Shown here: positions 9,250 to 17,810 of the stretch, one piece after another
Position numbering within the stretch: the first letter of the stretch is position 1
How the letters are laid out: each line of letters starts with the position of its first letter
Source of the DNA: Candidatus Paracaedimonas acanthamoebae
GTDB taxonomy: Bacteria; Pseudomonadota; Alphaproteobacteria; Caedimonadales; Caedimonadaceae
NCBI GenBank assembly: GCA_000743035.1
Contig: CP008936.1
Span: 1,200,001 to 1,232,000, forward strand
Direction of reading: 5' to 3'
DNA length: 32,000 nucleotides
Position numbers and translations under genes: made by a program
The notes under the pieces: model-generated
What the model was told of the DNA's origin: nothing
Seen by the model: the letters and a program-made list of their open reading frames with translations, nothing else
Database searches by the model: none

Positions 9250-9809
9250 AGAAATTTGATCTGTTTTTATAGTACGCCAAATACGTGCCAGGGTTAGTAA
9301 TGCATTACATGTATCATGGTTAATATCTGTCATTAAGCTATCTAGCGATTCTAATGTAGCATATATGAAATCTTGGTATGGGACAGAGCAAATAAGTTGA
9401 TCAGGATTTGGCCCTAATAATTTTTTACTAGCCAATAAGAACTGAGTTGTTAGTATAGCAAGATCTGGCACCTGACGCAACTATTCACCATATTGAAAAT
9501 CAAATTTAGAAGGATAATGCCAAGGATTAATTTCTGATTTTACTACAATTGTCATCTCAATTGGCCGCTGTAAGTCACTCTTATAAAGGCCAGAAATTTT
9601 TTGTAGATTAGTGGCTAATTTCGCTTTTTCGTTAAGTGTAGTAGCGTGATTTGTAACAATGAATAAGTCTATATCGCTGCATTTCTGTAATCCACCAACT
9701 ATTGCCGAACCATATAAGTACCCCCCAAAAGATCATTCCCAAAAGTACCTTTAAGCAAATTAAGGCACTCGGTAATTTGGTCCTCTATATTATCTAACTG
9801 GGAAACCAT
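9250..9809 (-). pseudogene. Decayed ANT(3'')/ANT(9)-type aminoglycoside nucleotidyltransferase (AadA-like)
   Basis: Minus-strand pieces read MVSQLDNIEDQITECLNLLKGTFGNDLLGG, then a frameshift, then YLYGSAIVGGLQKCSDIDLFIVTNHATTLNEKAKLATNLQKISGLYKSDLQRPIEMTIVVKSEINPWHYPSKFDFQYGE, then a stop, then LRQVPDLAILTTQFLLASKKLLGPNPDQLICSVPYQDFIYATLESL..NALLTLARIWRTIKTDQI. This is collinear with AadA (LYGSAVDGGL..SDIDLLV..EVTIVV..IPWRYPAKREFQFGEW..DLAILL..VLTLSRIW). Lesions are a 1-nt loss in the G6 run (plus C6 at 9721-9726), an in-frame TAG (9481-9483), a ~14-codon gap after it, and a missing C-terminus. Confidence 0.8.
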
Positions 9810-10127
9810 AGTAATTATTTTCTTCTTTTTCCTTTTATAGAGCATATTTTGTAGCTCCCATCCATAATTCTGGCGTAAAATTTTCTTTTATTAAGGATGA
9901 GCGATAATTGAAAGATCATTAAAAGTCTACCTTATTTAATGATTGCAATAAATTACTTGCCTGTATATTATCTTATTACTATTTAAGCAGATGGGGGCTG
10001 CTAGAGCTTCAATAAAAATAATATGGAGGGAAGCTAAAGGTCTTAATGACCGCCCCCCACAATCTTAAATACGATCCTTCTCAAGCATTTTCTTTAATAG
10101 GGTAAAGTTCTCTGGGACTTAATAAAC

Positions 10128-10559
10128 TTAAGAATAAAGTAATCGGGCCCTTGTTTCAAACGCATCCAGCATCTGGCAAACAATTGTTGTAAAAACAGTC
10201 TCTGTTGCTTTTTGTAAAAAAAAAGATTTTAATTCAAATTCTAATTCAAAATCTACCCGACAAGTCTTTGCAGTCATTGACTGGAAGTGCCATTGATTTT
10301 TCAAATGTTTTAAAGGTCCCTTTGCGTATGTCACATTAATTGCTGTTGTTGGCATTAGCGTTATATCTGACATATAAGCTTCTTGAAAAAATTTATACCC
10401 AATTTTAAGCTCAGCAATAAGTTTATTGCCCTGGCGTTGATGAATTATGGCATCCCGACACCACGGTAAAAACTCGGGGTAACGCTCAACATCAGCAACC
10501 AATTCATATAACTGCTCTTGGGAATAGGGCAAAACTTTCTGATCAGTATGGGTGATCAT
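10128..10559 (-). CDS. ratA: SRPBCC/START-fold protein, RatA/COQ10 family
   Basis: The 143-aa ORF (..[18 protein letters not shown]..) is typical of the polyketide-cyclase/RatA family. It overlaps the lipA stop (ATGA), the usual alphaproteobacterial lipA neighbour arrangement. Confidence 0.8.
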   Translation of the reverse strand: MITHTDQKVLPYSQEQLYELVADVERYPEFLPWCRDAIIHQRQGNKLIAELKIGYKFFQEAYMSDITLMPTTAINVTYAKGPLKHLKNQWHFQSMTAKTCRVDFELEFELKSFFLQKATETVFTTIVCQMLDAFETRARLLYS

Positions 10560-11476
10560 TTCTTACTCTCATATAAACTTACTTCAGCGTTACGAGCTTG
10601 CTTAAGTTTCTCGAAGTCTTCTCCTGCATGATAAGAAGAGCGCGTCAAAGGAGATGCTGAGACCATTAAAAATCCTTTGCCACGCGCCATACGTTCGTAA
10701 TCTTTAAATTCATCAGGTTCAACAAATCGCATAACTTCATGATGCTGGGGCGTTGGCTGGAGATACTGGCCAATTGTTAAAAAATCAACATCCGCTGATC
10801 GCAAATCATCCATTACTTGATAAACTTCCTGCTTTGTTTCTCCTAATCCCACCATAAGGCCAGATTTTGTAAAGAGATTTTGATTTAATTGTTTAACCCT
10901 GTGCAAAAGATGAACAGAATGATAATAACGTGCTCCCGGGCGTACATTTGAATAAAGACGTGGAACGGTTTCAACATTATGATTGTAAACATCTGGTTGA
11001 GCTTCAACAACCACCTCCAAAGCACCTTCTTTTCGTAAGAAATCAGGGGTTAAAATCTCAATTGTTGTATGAGGTGACATCTTGCGAATTTCTTTGATAA
11101 CTTGAGCAAAATGATGAGCCCCTCCATCAGGTAAATCATCTCGATCAACTGAGGTTACAACAACATGAGAAAGCCCTAGCTTCGCAAGAGCTTCAGCGAC
11201 CCTTTGAGGCTCATGAGGATCAAGCAGATCAGGCCTCCCTGTTGCGATGTTACAGAAGCGACATGAGCGCGTACAAACACTTCCTAAAATCATTATTGTT
11301 GCATGCTTTTTAGCCCAACACTCGCCAATATTGGGACATGCAGCCTCTTCACAGACGGTATTAAGTTTATGAGTCTTAATAAGTTCACGTGTTGTATGAT
11401 ATTCCTGAGAAACAGGCGCTTTTACACGTATCCAATCAGGTTTTTTTGAAGAAGCATGCTCTGTCACCTTAGTCAC
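10556..11476 (-). CDS. lipA: Lipoyl synthase
   Basis: The 306-aa ORF carries the radical-SAM CTRSCRFC motif and the auxiliary cluster [12 protein letters not shown]. It starts at GTG (complement of 11474-11476). Confidence 0.96.
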   Translation of the reverse strand: MTKVTEHASSKKPDWIRVKAPVSQEYHTTRELIKTHKLNTVCEEAACPNIGECWAKKHATIMILGSVCTRSCRFCNIATGRPDLLDPHEPQRVAEALAKLGLSHVVVTSVDRDDLPDGGAHHFAQVIKEIRKMSPHTTIEILTPDFLRKEGALEVVVEAQPDVYNHNVETVPRLYSNVRPGARYYHSVHLLHRVKQLNQNLFTKSGLMVGLGETKQEVYQVMDDLRSADVDFLTIGQYLQPTPQHHEVMRFVEPDEFKDYERMARGKGFLMVSASPLTRSSYHAGEDFEKLKQARNAEVSLYESKK

Positions 11477-11481
11477 CTTTA

Positions 11482-12894
11482 TTAATAATGAAGGCCGCGT
11501 CCGAAGGCAGCCAACGGAGATTCATGCATCATCTCTGAAAGAGTCGGATGCGGGAAAATAGTTGACATTAATTCTGCTTCTGTTGCTTCGCATGTCTTGG
11601 CGATCGCATAACCTTGAATTAATTCCGTTACTTCCGCCCCAATCATATGAGCGCCTAGCAATTCTCCTGTTTTAGCATCAAAGATTGTTTTGATCAGACC
11701 TTCAGGATCACCAAGAGCAATAGCCTTACCATTTCCTATAAATGGAAAACGGCCAACTTTAAGCTCATAGCCCTGCTCCTTGGCCTTTTTCTCAGTAAGG
11801 CCAATACTTGCAATCTGTGGAGTACTATAAGTACATCCTGGAATATTTTCACGCCTCATCGGATAAATATCTTTATGTCCAGCAATTTTTTCAATCGCAA
11901 GAATTCCTTCATGACTTGCCTTATGTGCGAGCCAAGGAGCACCTGCAACGTCACCAATCGCATAAATACCTGGCTCTGATGTCTCTGCCCATTCGTTAAC
12001 AACAATATGCGAATTCTCAATTTTTACTTTTGAGTTTTCAAGGCCCAAGTTTTCGATATTTCCAACAATTCCAACAGATAAAATTGCTTTTTCAATAGGA
12101 AGCTCAGTTCGTTTTCCATCGCTTTCTAAAATAGCTTTTAGGCCTTGAGATGTTTGTGTCACAGAAGTAACTGTTGTTGCTAAGTGAAATTTAATCCCTC
12201 GGTTTTCAAGCATTTTTTTCGCCATTAATGAGATTTCTTCATCCTCAGCAGGGAGGATACGATCAACAACTTCAACGACTGTTACTTCTGCTCCCAAAGA
12301 GCAATAAAAACTTGCAAACTCAATCCCTATAGCCCCAGATCCTATCACTAACAAAGATTTCGGCATTTTTTCAGGCACCATAGCTTCTCGGTAGGTCCAA
12401 ATATTCTCCCCATCGGGTTGAAGGTTGGGTAACGTCCGTGCGCGAGCACCTGTTGCGATAATAACATTTTTTGCAAGTAGCATTTCTTCGGCTTTTGACT
12501 CTCGAGCTATTTCAATTTTATGGAGGTCTCCTTGTTTGCCTTTAAGCTTCCCATAGCCATTATAAACTGTAACTTTATTTTTTTTCAAAAGATGCTCAAC
12601 TCCTTTTGAAAGCTGGCTTGCAACCTGCCTTGAGCGCTCGACAATCTTTGCCAGCTCAAACCCCACCTTTTCTGCTTTCAACCCAAATTTATCGGCATGA
12701 TGCATATAATCAAGAATTTCTGCTGATCGAAGCAAGGCTTTTGTTGGGATACATCCCCAATTAAGACAAATACCCCCAAGATGATTTGCTTCAATAATTG
12801 CAGTTTTAAAGCCCAGCTGTGCCGCACGAATAGCTGTCACGTAGCCTCCTGGGCCTGCGCCGATAATCACAACATCAAAAGTGGTCTCTGTCAT
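11482..12894 (-). CDS. lpdA: Dihydrolipoyl dehydrogenase (E3)
   Basis: The 470-aa ORF has the GAGPGGY FAD motif, the redox disulfide [13 protein letters not shown] and a C-terminal HPTLSE interface motif. Confidence 0.96.
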   Translation of the reverse strand: MTETTFDVVIIGAGPGGYVTAIRAAQLGFKTAIIEANHLGGICLNWGCIPTKALLRSAEILDYMHHADKFGLKAEKVGFELAKIVERSRQVASQLSKGVEHLLKKNKVTVYNGYGKLKGKQGDLHKIEIARESKAEEMLLAKNVIIATGARARTLPNLQPDGENIWTYREAMVPEKMPKSLLVIGSGAIGIEFASFYCSLGAEVTVVEVVDRILPAEDEEISLMAKKMLENRGIKFHLATTVTSVTQTSQGLKAILESDGKRTELPIEKAILSVGIVGNIENLGLENSKVKIENSHIVVNEWAETSEPGIYAIGDVAGAPWLAHKASHEGILAIEKIAGHKDIYPMRRENIPGCTYSTPQIASIGLTEKKAKEQGYELKVGRFPFIGNGKAIALGDPEGLIKTIFDAKTGELLGAHMIGAEVTELIQGYAIAKTCEATEAELMSTIFPHPTLSEMMHESPLAAFGRGLHY

Positions 12895-13001
12895 TTAATT
12901 CTCCTTTAGGACTTCCTTTTTTCTAACTTATGGACTATAGAGAAAACATTACTTAACGTGAAGCTGCAAGGCTTAAATTTTATCTTAAGTAGATTATTAC
13001 C

Positions 13002-13691
13002 ATGGTTGCAACTTCTCATTTGCTTGTTATTGATGATGATCGTCGCCTTAGAGAGCTTTTACAAAAATATCTTGAAGAGAATGGTTATCAAGTTTTAGTG
13101 GCAGCTTCTGCACAAGAGGCGCGACAACAATTGATCCAAGAACTTCGTCTCATTGTACTCGACCTTATGATGCCAGAAGAATCAGGACTTGAATTTTTGA
13201 AATGGCTTCGACATGACATGAAAAATGAGATTCCTGTTTTGATGTTGACTGCCATGGGTGAAGTAGATCATCGTATTGAAGGCTTAGAGGCTGGTGCCGA
13301 TGATTATCTTGCAAAACCTTTTGAACCTCGAGAACTTCTTTTAAGAATTCGTAATCTTCTTCAAAGAAAATCTAAATTAATCTTCCCTGGCTCTGCGATA
13401 CGCCTGGGCTCACTTACCTATGATCCAATACGAGCTATTCTCAAATGCGGAGATGAATTAATCCATCTAACTTCTCTGGAAGTTACTTTAATGAATATTT
13501 TCTCTCAACAACCAGGGGTCCCAATTAGCCGTGAGAAGCTTGCTGAATTAAGTGGAGTCAGCTTAAGCCCAAGAACTGTGGATGTCCAGATTACAAGACT
13601 CCGTAAAAAAATTGAAAAAGATCCTAAGCAACCTCTTTATCTTCATACAGTGAGACATCAAGGATATGTTTTGAGGCCTGATATAATATGA
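13002..13691 (+). CDS. ompR: OmpR-family response regulator
   Basis: The receiver domain (LLVIDDD..VLDLMMP..ADDYLAKPF) is followed by a winged-helix output domain (..VDVQITRLRKKIE..IHTVRHQGYVL). The protein resembles E. coli OmpR throughout. Confidence 0.9.
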   Translation: MVATSHLLVIDDDRRLRELLQKYLEENGYQVLVAASAQEARQQLIQELRLIVLDLMMPEESGLEFLKWLRHDMKNEIPVLMLTAMGEVDHRIEGLEAGADDYLAKPFEPRELLLRIRNLLQRKSKLIFPGSAIRLGSLTYDPIRAILKCGDELIHLTSLEVTLMNIFSQQPGVPISREKLAELSGVSLSPRTVDVQITRLRKKIEKDPKQPLYLHTVRHQGYVLRPDII

Positions 13692-15013
13692 TCTCCTTCT
13701 TACATCCTTTTCAATATTTTAAGAAATTTCTTCCTAAAACTCTCTTCGGACGCACTTTAATCATTGTTATAGCGCCCGTTGTATTTGTTCAGATGATTAC
13801 AACCTATATCTTTGTTGATCGACACCTTGAAAAAGTGACGGAACTTCTTGCAAACAACATTTCTCTTAGAACAGCTGAAGCAGTTAATGCTGTTTTAGAT
13901 AGTCCCAACCTTAAAGATCATTTTCAGCCCTTACGTAATTACATTTTTACTCACTTTGAATTAACGCTAGAAATTGAAGAAAATGAGGGTGCCCAACCTT
14001 TAATAAAGAAAAATCTATTCGCTCCTTACGGCAAAATATTAGCTCAAGAACTTGCAAAAAAACTCCCCTTTACCTTTTTAATCAATTCAAAGGATGAAGA
14101 TATTATTATTTCTATTCAAACACTTAAAGGAAAAATCATTTTAAAAGAAAAAATGAAGCATTTAGCGCCAAAAACAACCTCTCTTCTTTTATGGTGGGCC
14201 GTTGCAACCCCTCTTTTGTTTCTAGCAATTGCAATCCTTTTTATGAGAAATCAAATCAAACCCTTAAAAAGATTAGCTGAAGCCGTGGATGATTTTGGTA
14301 AAGGACGAGAGATCATAGCTATCAAACCCGCAGGATCTTTCGAGGTTCGTAAACTGACATATGCTTTTATTTCTATGAAGGAACGTATTCAACGACAAAT
14401 AACACAAAGAACAGAAATGCTCGCAGGCGTCTCACATGACTTAAAAACACCATTAACAAGAATGGAACTTCAGTTAGCCATGTTAGGTGATTCTCAATCC
14501 ATAAGAGATTTGCAACAAGATGTTCGCGAATTGAATAAAATGATTGAAGATTACTTAGCCTTTGCAAAAGGTGAAGAAGATGGACCGTTTGAAGAGACAG
14601 AAATTCTATCACTTTTACAAAGTGTTATTTCCCTATTCCCTGAGAAACCTATTACATTTACACCTTCAAAATCTGTTTATGTCACTGCTCATGCGCTATC
14701 TCTGAAGCGCGCATTTACAAATATTATTGAAAATGCTTTAAAATATGCTCATTCCCTTTGGATATCATCACATTTAACTTCTGAAGATATCAAAATATAT
14801 TTCGAAGATAATGGACCAGGGATCCCAGCATCAAAAAGAGAGGACGTTTTCAGGCCCTTTTATCGTTTGGAAGGTTCTCGCAATTCAGAAACAGGAGGTT
14901 CAGGGCTTGGTTTAACAATTACACGAGATATCATCCTAAGGCATGGCGGCACTATTGAACTTAAAAAATCAATACAAGGAGGACTCCTTGTCATGATAAG
15001 TTTACCACTTTAA
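13688..15013 (+). CDS. EnvZ-like sensor histidine kinase
   Basis: The 441-aa ORF has two TM segments and a HAMP-like linker. It has the H-box AGVSHDLKTPLTRM, the N-box IIENALKYA, and the G-boxes DNGPGI and GGSGLGLTI. Its start overlaps the regulator stop (ATGA). Confidence 0.9.
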   Translation: MISFLHPFQYFKKFLPKTLFGRTLIIVIAPVVFVQMITTYIFVDRHLEKVTELLANNISLRTAEAVNAVLDSPNLKDHFQPLRNYIFTHFELTLEIEENEGAQPLIKKNLFAPYGKILAQELAKKLPFTFLINSKDEDIIISIQTLKGKIILKEKMKHLAPKTTSLLLWWAVATPLLFLAIAILFMRNQIKPLKRLAEAVDDFGKGREIIAIKPAGSFEVRKLTYAFISMKERIQRQITQRTEMLAGVSHDLKTPLTRMELQLAMLGDSQSIRDLQQDVRELNKMIEDYLAFAKGEEDGPFEETEILSLLQSVISLFPEKPITFTPSKSVYVTAHALSLKRAFTNIIENALKYAHSLWISSHLTSEDIKIYFEDNGPGIPASKREDVFRPFYRLEGSRNSETGGSGLGLTITRDIILRHGGTIELKKSIQGGLLVMISLPL

Positions 15014-15840
15014 TGAACTACAGACATATCTATCATGCAGGAAATTTCTCAGATGTTGTAAAGCATTATGTCTTGACGCTTCTTCTTCAGAAATTGCACG
15101 AAAAAGAAAAAGCTTTTTCAATTATCGATACTCACGCAGGAATAGGAGTATACAATCTTCAATCACAACAAGCTTTAAAAACCAATGAAGCACAAGAAGG
15201 TATTTTAAAGTTACTTCATTCTTCTCAAGACAGAAGTTTTTTTGAGCAATATTTAAAGGTAATACAAAAGCAAAAAACTGGCTTTTATCCTGGCTCCCCA
15301 GTAATTTGTCGCGCTTTTTTAAGATCACAAGATCGTCTATGGTTGTCAGAACTTCATCCTGAAGATTTTCAAAGTTTAACTCGATACTTTGATAAAGATC
15401 CTCAAGTAAAAGTACTCCATCAAGATGGCTATACGTCACTTAAAGCGCTCCTTCCCCCCAGAGAAAAGCGGGGATTCATTTTAATCGACCCACCATTTGA
15501 AGAAAGGAATGAGTTTAAAACTCTGGTTAACGGCTTACGAGAAAGCTATAAGAGATTCGCAACAGGAATCTATATGATATGGTTTCCCATCAAAGACTTA
15601 AAACCTATTAAAGAATTTTATGCTGCACTTAAGGGGTTAGAAATCCCTAAAATTCTCACTGTTGAATTCTTGCGGAAGCCACCCATCACCCCTGAATTCC
15701 TGAATGGAACTGGCCTCATTATTGTAAATCCACCGTGGAAAATACAAGAAAAAATAGAGCCTGCCTTAGAAAGGCTTTTAAAAATTTTTGAATTTACAGA
15801 AGGTTATGTTCGGCTAGAATGGTTGTGTGGGGAAAATTAG
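15013..15840 (+). CDS. rlmJ: 23S rRNA (adenine2030-N6)-methyltransferase RlmJ
   Basis: The ORF contains MNYRHIYHAGNFSDVVKH..DTHAG..YPGSP..ILIDPPFE..YKRFATGIYMIWFP..IIVNPPW. This is collinear with E. coli RlmJ (YhiR). The ATG overlaps the kinase TAA stop (TAATG). Confidence 0.9.
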   Translation: MNYRHIYHAGNFSDVVKHYVLTLLLQKLHEKEKAFSIIDTHAGIGVYNLQSQQALKTNEAQEGILKLLHSSQDRSFFEQYLKVIQKQKTGFYPGSPVICRAFLRSQDRLWLSELHPEDFQSLTRYFDKDPQVKVLHQDGYTSLKALLPPREKRGFILIDPPFEERNEFKTLVNGLRESYKRFATGIYMIWFPIKDLKPIKEFYAALKGLEIPKILTVEFLRKPPITPEFLNGTGLIIVNPPWKIQEKIEPALERLLKIFEFTEGYVRLEWLCGEN

Positions 15841-15848
15841 GACAAAAA

Positions 15849-16898
15849 TTAACGCGCTTTTTTCATTTCATCGAATATTGGCCACGAAAGATAAAAGGTT
15901 GTTCCCTTGCCAACAATACTTGTAAAATTAATTTTGCCCCCGATTTGGTCTGTAATCTTTTTTACAATTGCAAGCCCCATCCCATACCCTTCGACATTAT
16001 GAGCTCCGTGGAATTTCTTTAAAGGTTCAAAAATAACTTCTCTTAAATGTTCCATAATTCCTGGTCCATTATCACTTATTTTCACTAAGAGTCGTTTCCC
16101 TTGATTTTCAACCTCTACCTTAATCTCACCTTCCTTAGGATTATGATGATGTTTTACTGCATTCGAGATGAGATTATAGAGAACTTCAGTAAGTAAAAAA
16201 TTGAATGTTTTAAAAGTAGAAATTGAGCTTGAAACCATAATTTTAAATCCCTCAGGAAGAAAAACTCGCCGCTTAATAGCCTCAACTGTCCGAAGAAGAT
16301 CAAATATACTAGGAACTTCCATTAAATCATTGACAAATAAGGAAACCAAATCTTGCGTTAATCGATAAGCTTGTTTATTAACCACCCTCAACATTGATAA
16401 ATTTTCTAAAGACGCAGGAGTTAAGACATTATCTTTATCTTCAATGATCCACTGAGAAAGGTGCTCCACAGTTCTTATAGGGGACTGAATATCATGCGAC
16501 AAAATATGAAAAAGGGTTGCCTGCTGCTCATTTTTAGCCCTTAATGTTTCATTAAGCTTGCTTAGTTTTTTCCGTTCTTCAATCAGTTTTGTAATATCAC
16601 GCCAAATCCCTCGACTATAAAGAATATTGCCTTCTTTATCTTTGACCGCAGTCACACTAAATGAGACATACAGCTTTTCTCCCGTCTTTTTTCTCAGAAT
16701 AACTTCCCTGTCTTTTACAACGCCTTTTTGCTTGTACTCTCGTATGATAGCATCTCTTGCACTCAGAGAATCTGGATGATAAAGTTCTGCAATGGAATTT
16801 AAGGCAAAAAGCTCTTCTTTTGTATAGCCAAGGGCATCAATAAGAGCTTGGTTGCACTCTATTATTTTGTCGTTTGAGGCATTAACCGACACAAACAT
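15849..16898 (-). CDS. Cytoplasmic PAS-domain sensor histidine kinase (orphan; 5' end uncertain)
   Basis: The 349-aa ORF has a PAS domain followed by a coiled-coil linker. It has the H-box FHILSHDIQSPIRTV, the N-box LISNAVKHH, and G-boxes DNGPGI and GYGMGLAIV. There is no TM segment. The frame stays open for 17 sense codons upstream of the ATG with PAS-cap-like sequence (KFYKDFYNNAPD). Confidence 0.8.
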   Translation of the reverse strand: MFVSVNASNDKIIECNQALIDALGYTKEELFALNSIAELYHPDSLSARDAIIREYKQKGVVKDREVILRKKTGEKLYVSFSVTAVKDKEGNILYSRGIWRDITKLIEERKKLSKLNETLRAKNEQQATLFHILSHDIQSPIRTVEHLSQWIIEDKDNVLTPASLENLSMLRVVNKQAYRLTQDLVSLFVNDLMEVPSIFDLLRTVEAIKRRVFLPEGFKIMVSSSISTFKTFNFLLTEVLYNLISNAVKHHHNPKEGEIKVEVENQGKRLLVKISDNGPGIMEHLREVIFEPLKKFHGAHNVEGYGMGLAIVKKITDQIGGKINFTSIVGKGTTFYLSWPIFDEMKKAR

Positions 16899-17420
16899 AT
16901 CTGGTGCATTATTATAAAAATCTTTATAAAATTTGGTGTCGATTTTAACCTACCTTCATTTGGCATTTATGGATAAGTACTATGCTCTTGATTTGAGTAA
17001 GCTTCATTTATATCAACGCTAAAACAATTCTTGTTACTTTGCAATAAAATGTCTTGCCCTAAATGAGACCAACAGACAAATACAATGAAATCAAAAGCTT
17101 AACTGAAGGACAGAGTCTTCCTCCTTTAATTTTTTATCTTAAATGAGATATGGGCTTTGTATCGTAAACTAAATTTTTAGCCCTTATCCATTAAATAAAA
17201 TTGCAAAACTATTGGTTGCAATACAATCAAATTTAAAGTGACTTTCTTATCCTATTTGATAAATTAAGTCACAATAAAGCACTCTATTTCATCGCCAATA
17301 ACGTTTTAATTTTGGAGGCTAACTTGTAGAGTTTTTTACTCCTCTCTTGACAAGAAAAGATTAAAGTTGAGAGTAACTTTATTTTATATTTATCATATTT
17401 AAAAACATGAAATACTTATA

Positions 17421-17810
17421 ATGCTTTCTGCTAACTAGAGTCTTTTTATAGCTTGTAGTTTATTAGGAGGGATGGGATGGATTCTTGGCTCCTCTCAGGT
17501 AAAATATCTTCCCCAGAAATGGCAGTAGCCTACTGTTTTATAATGGCAGGTATTTTTACAATATTTTTTGCTTTCGCTTCTAGATATAAATATCGTCCCA
17601 TTAACTTAAAAAAACAAGGTATTTTTATCGTTCAAGGGGTTTGTATGTTTAGCATTAATTATATCCTCGCTTATTATGCTTTAAACTATGTCTGGGATTG
17701 TTGCAGTTATCCTTTCCATGCTTATAATTCCAAATATTTTGCTGGAGTCCTTGTTTTTTAAGAAAAAATATACTCAAAAGAAATCCTCAGCATTTCGTAT
17801 AGCTTCTTAA
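17421..17810 (+). pseudogene. Decayed EamA/DMT-family transporter gene
   Basis: Three frames join into an EamA-like N-terminal half. The first piece is MLSAN(stop)SLFIACSLLGGMGWILGSSQVKY. After a shift comes ISSPEMAVAYCFIMAGIFTIFFAFASRYKYRPINLKKQGIFIVQGVCMFSINYILAYYALNYV. After another shift comes SGIVAVILSMLIIPNILLESLFFKKKYTQKKSSAFRIAS(stop). TM-helix periodicity and the SP..A..R(F)..AG and P......E..F motif positions fit DMT repeats. Possible further remnants run to ~17995. Confidence 0.55.

Noticed and set aside
9175-9480. The 101-aa minus-strand ORF treated as an intact small gene.
   Set aside because: Its 'M' is a TTG immediately after an in-frame TAG. Its sequence is the middle or C-terminal part of the AadA-like nucleotidyltransferase. 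Its last ~25 codons are out-of-family read-through overlapping the 3' end of the 8330-9226 gene.
9227-10127. The AadA-like relic as an integron gene cassette.
   Set aside because: I could recognise no intI gene, attI site or attC-like imperfect inverted repeat with RYYYAAC/GTTRRRY cores next to it. Chromosomal ANT/DUF4111 homologues are common outside integrons.
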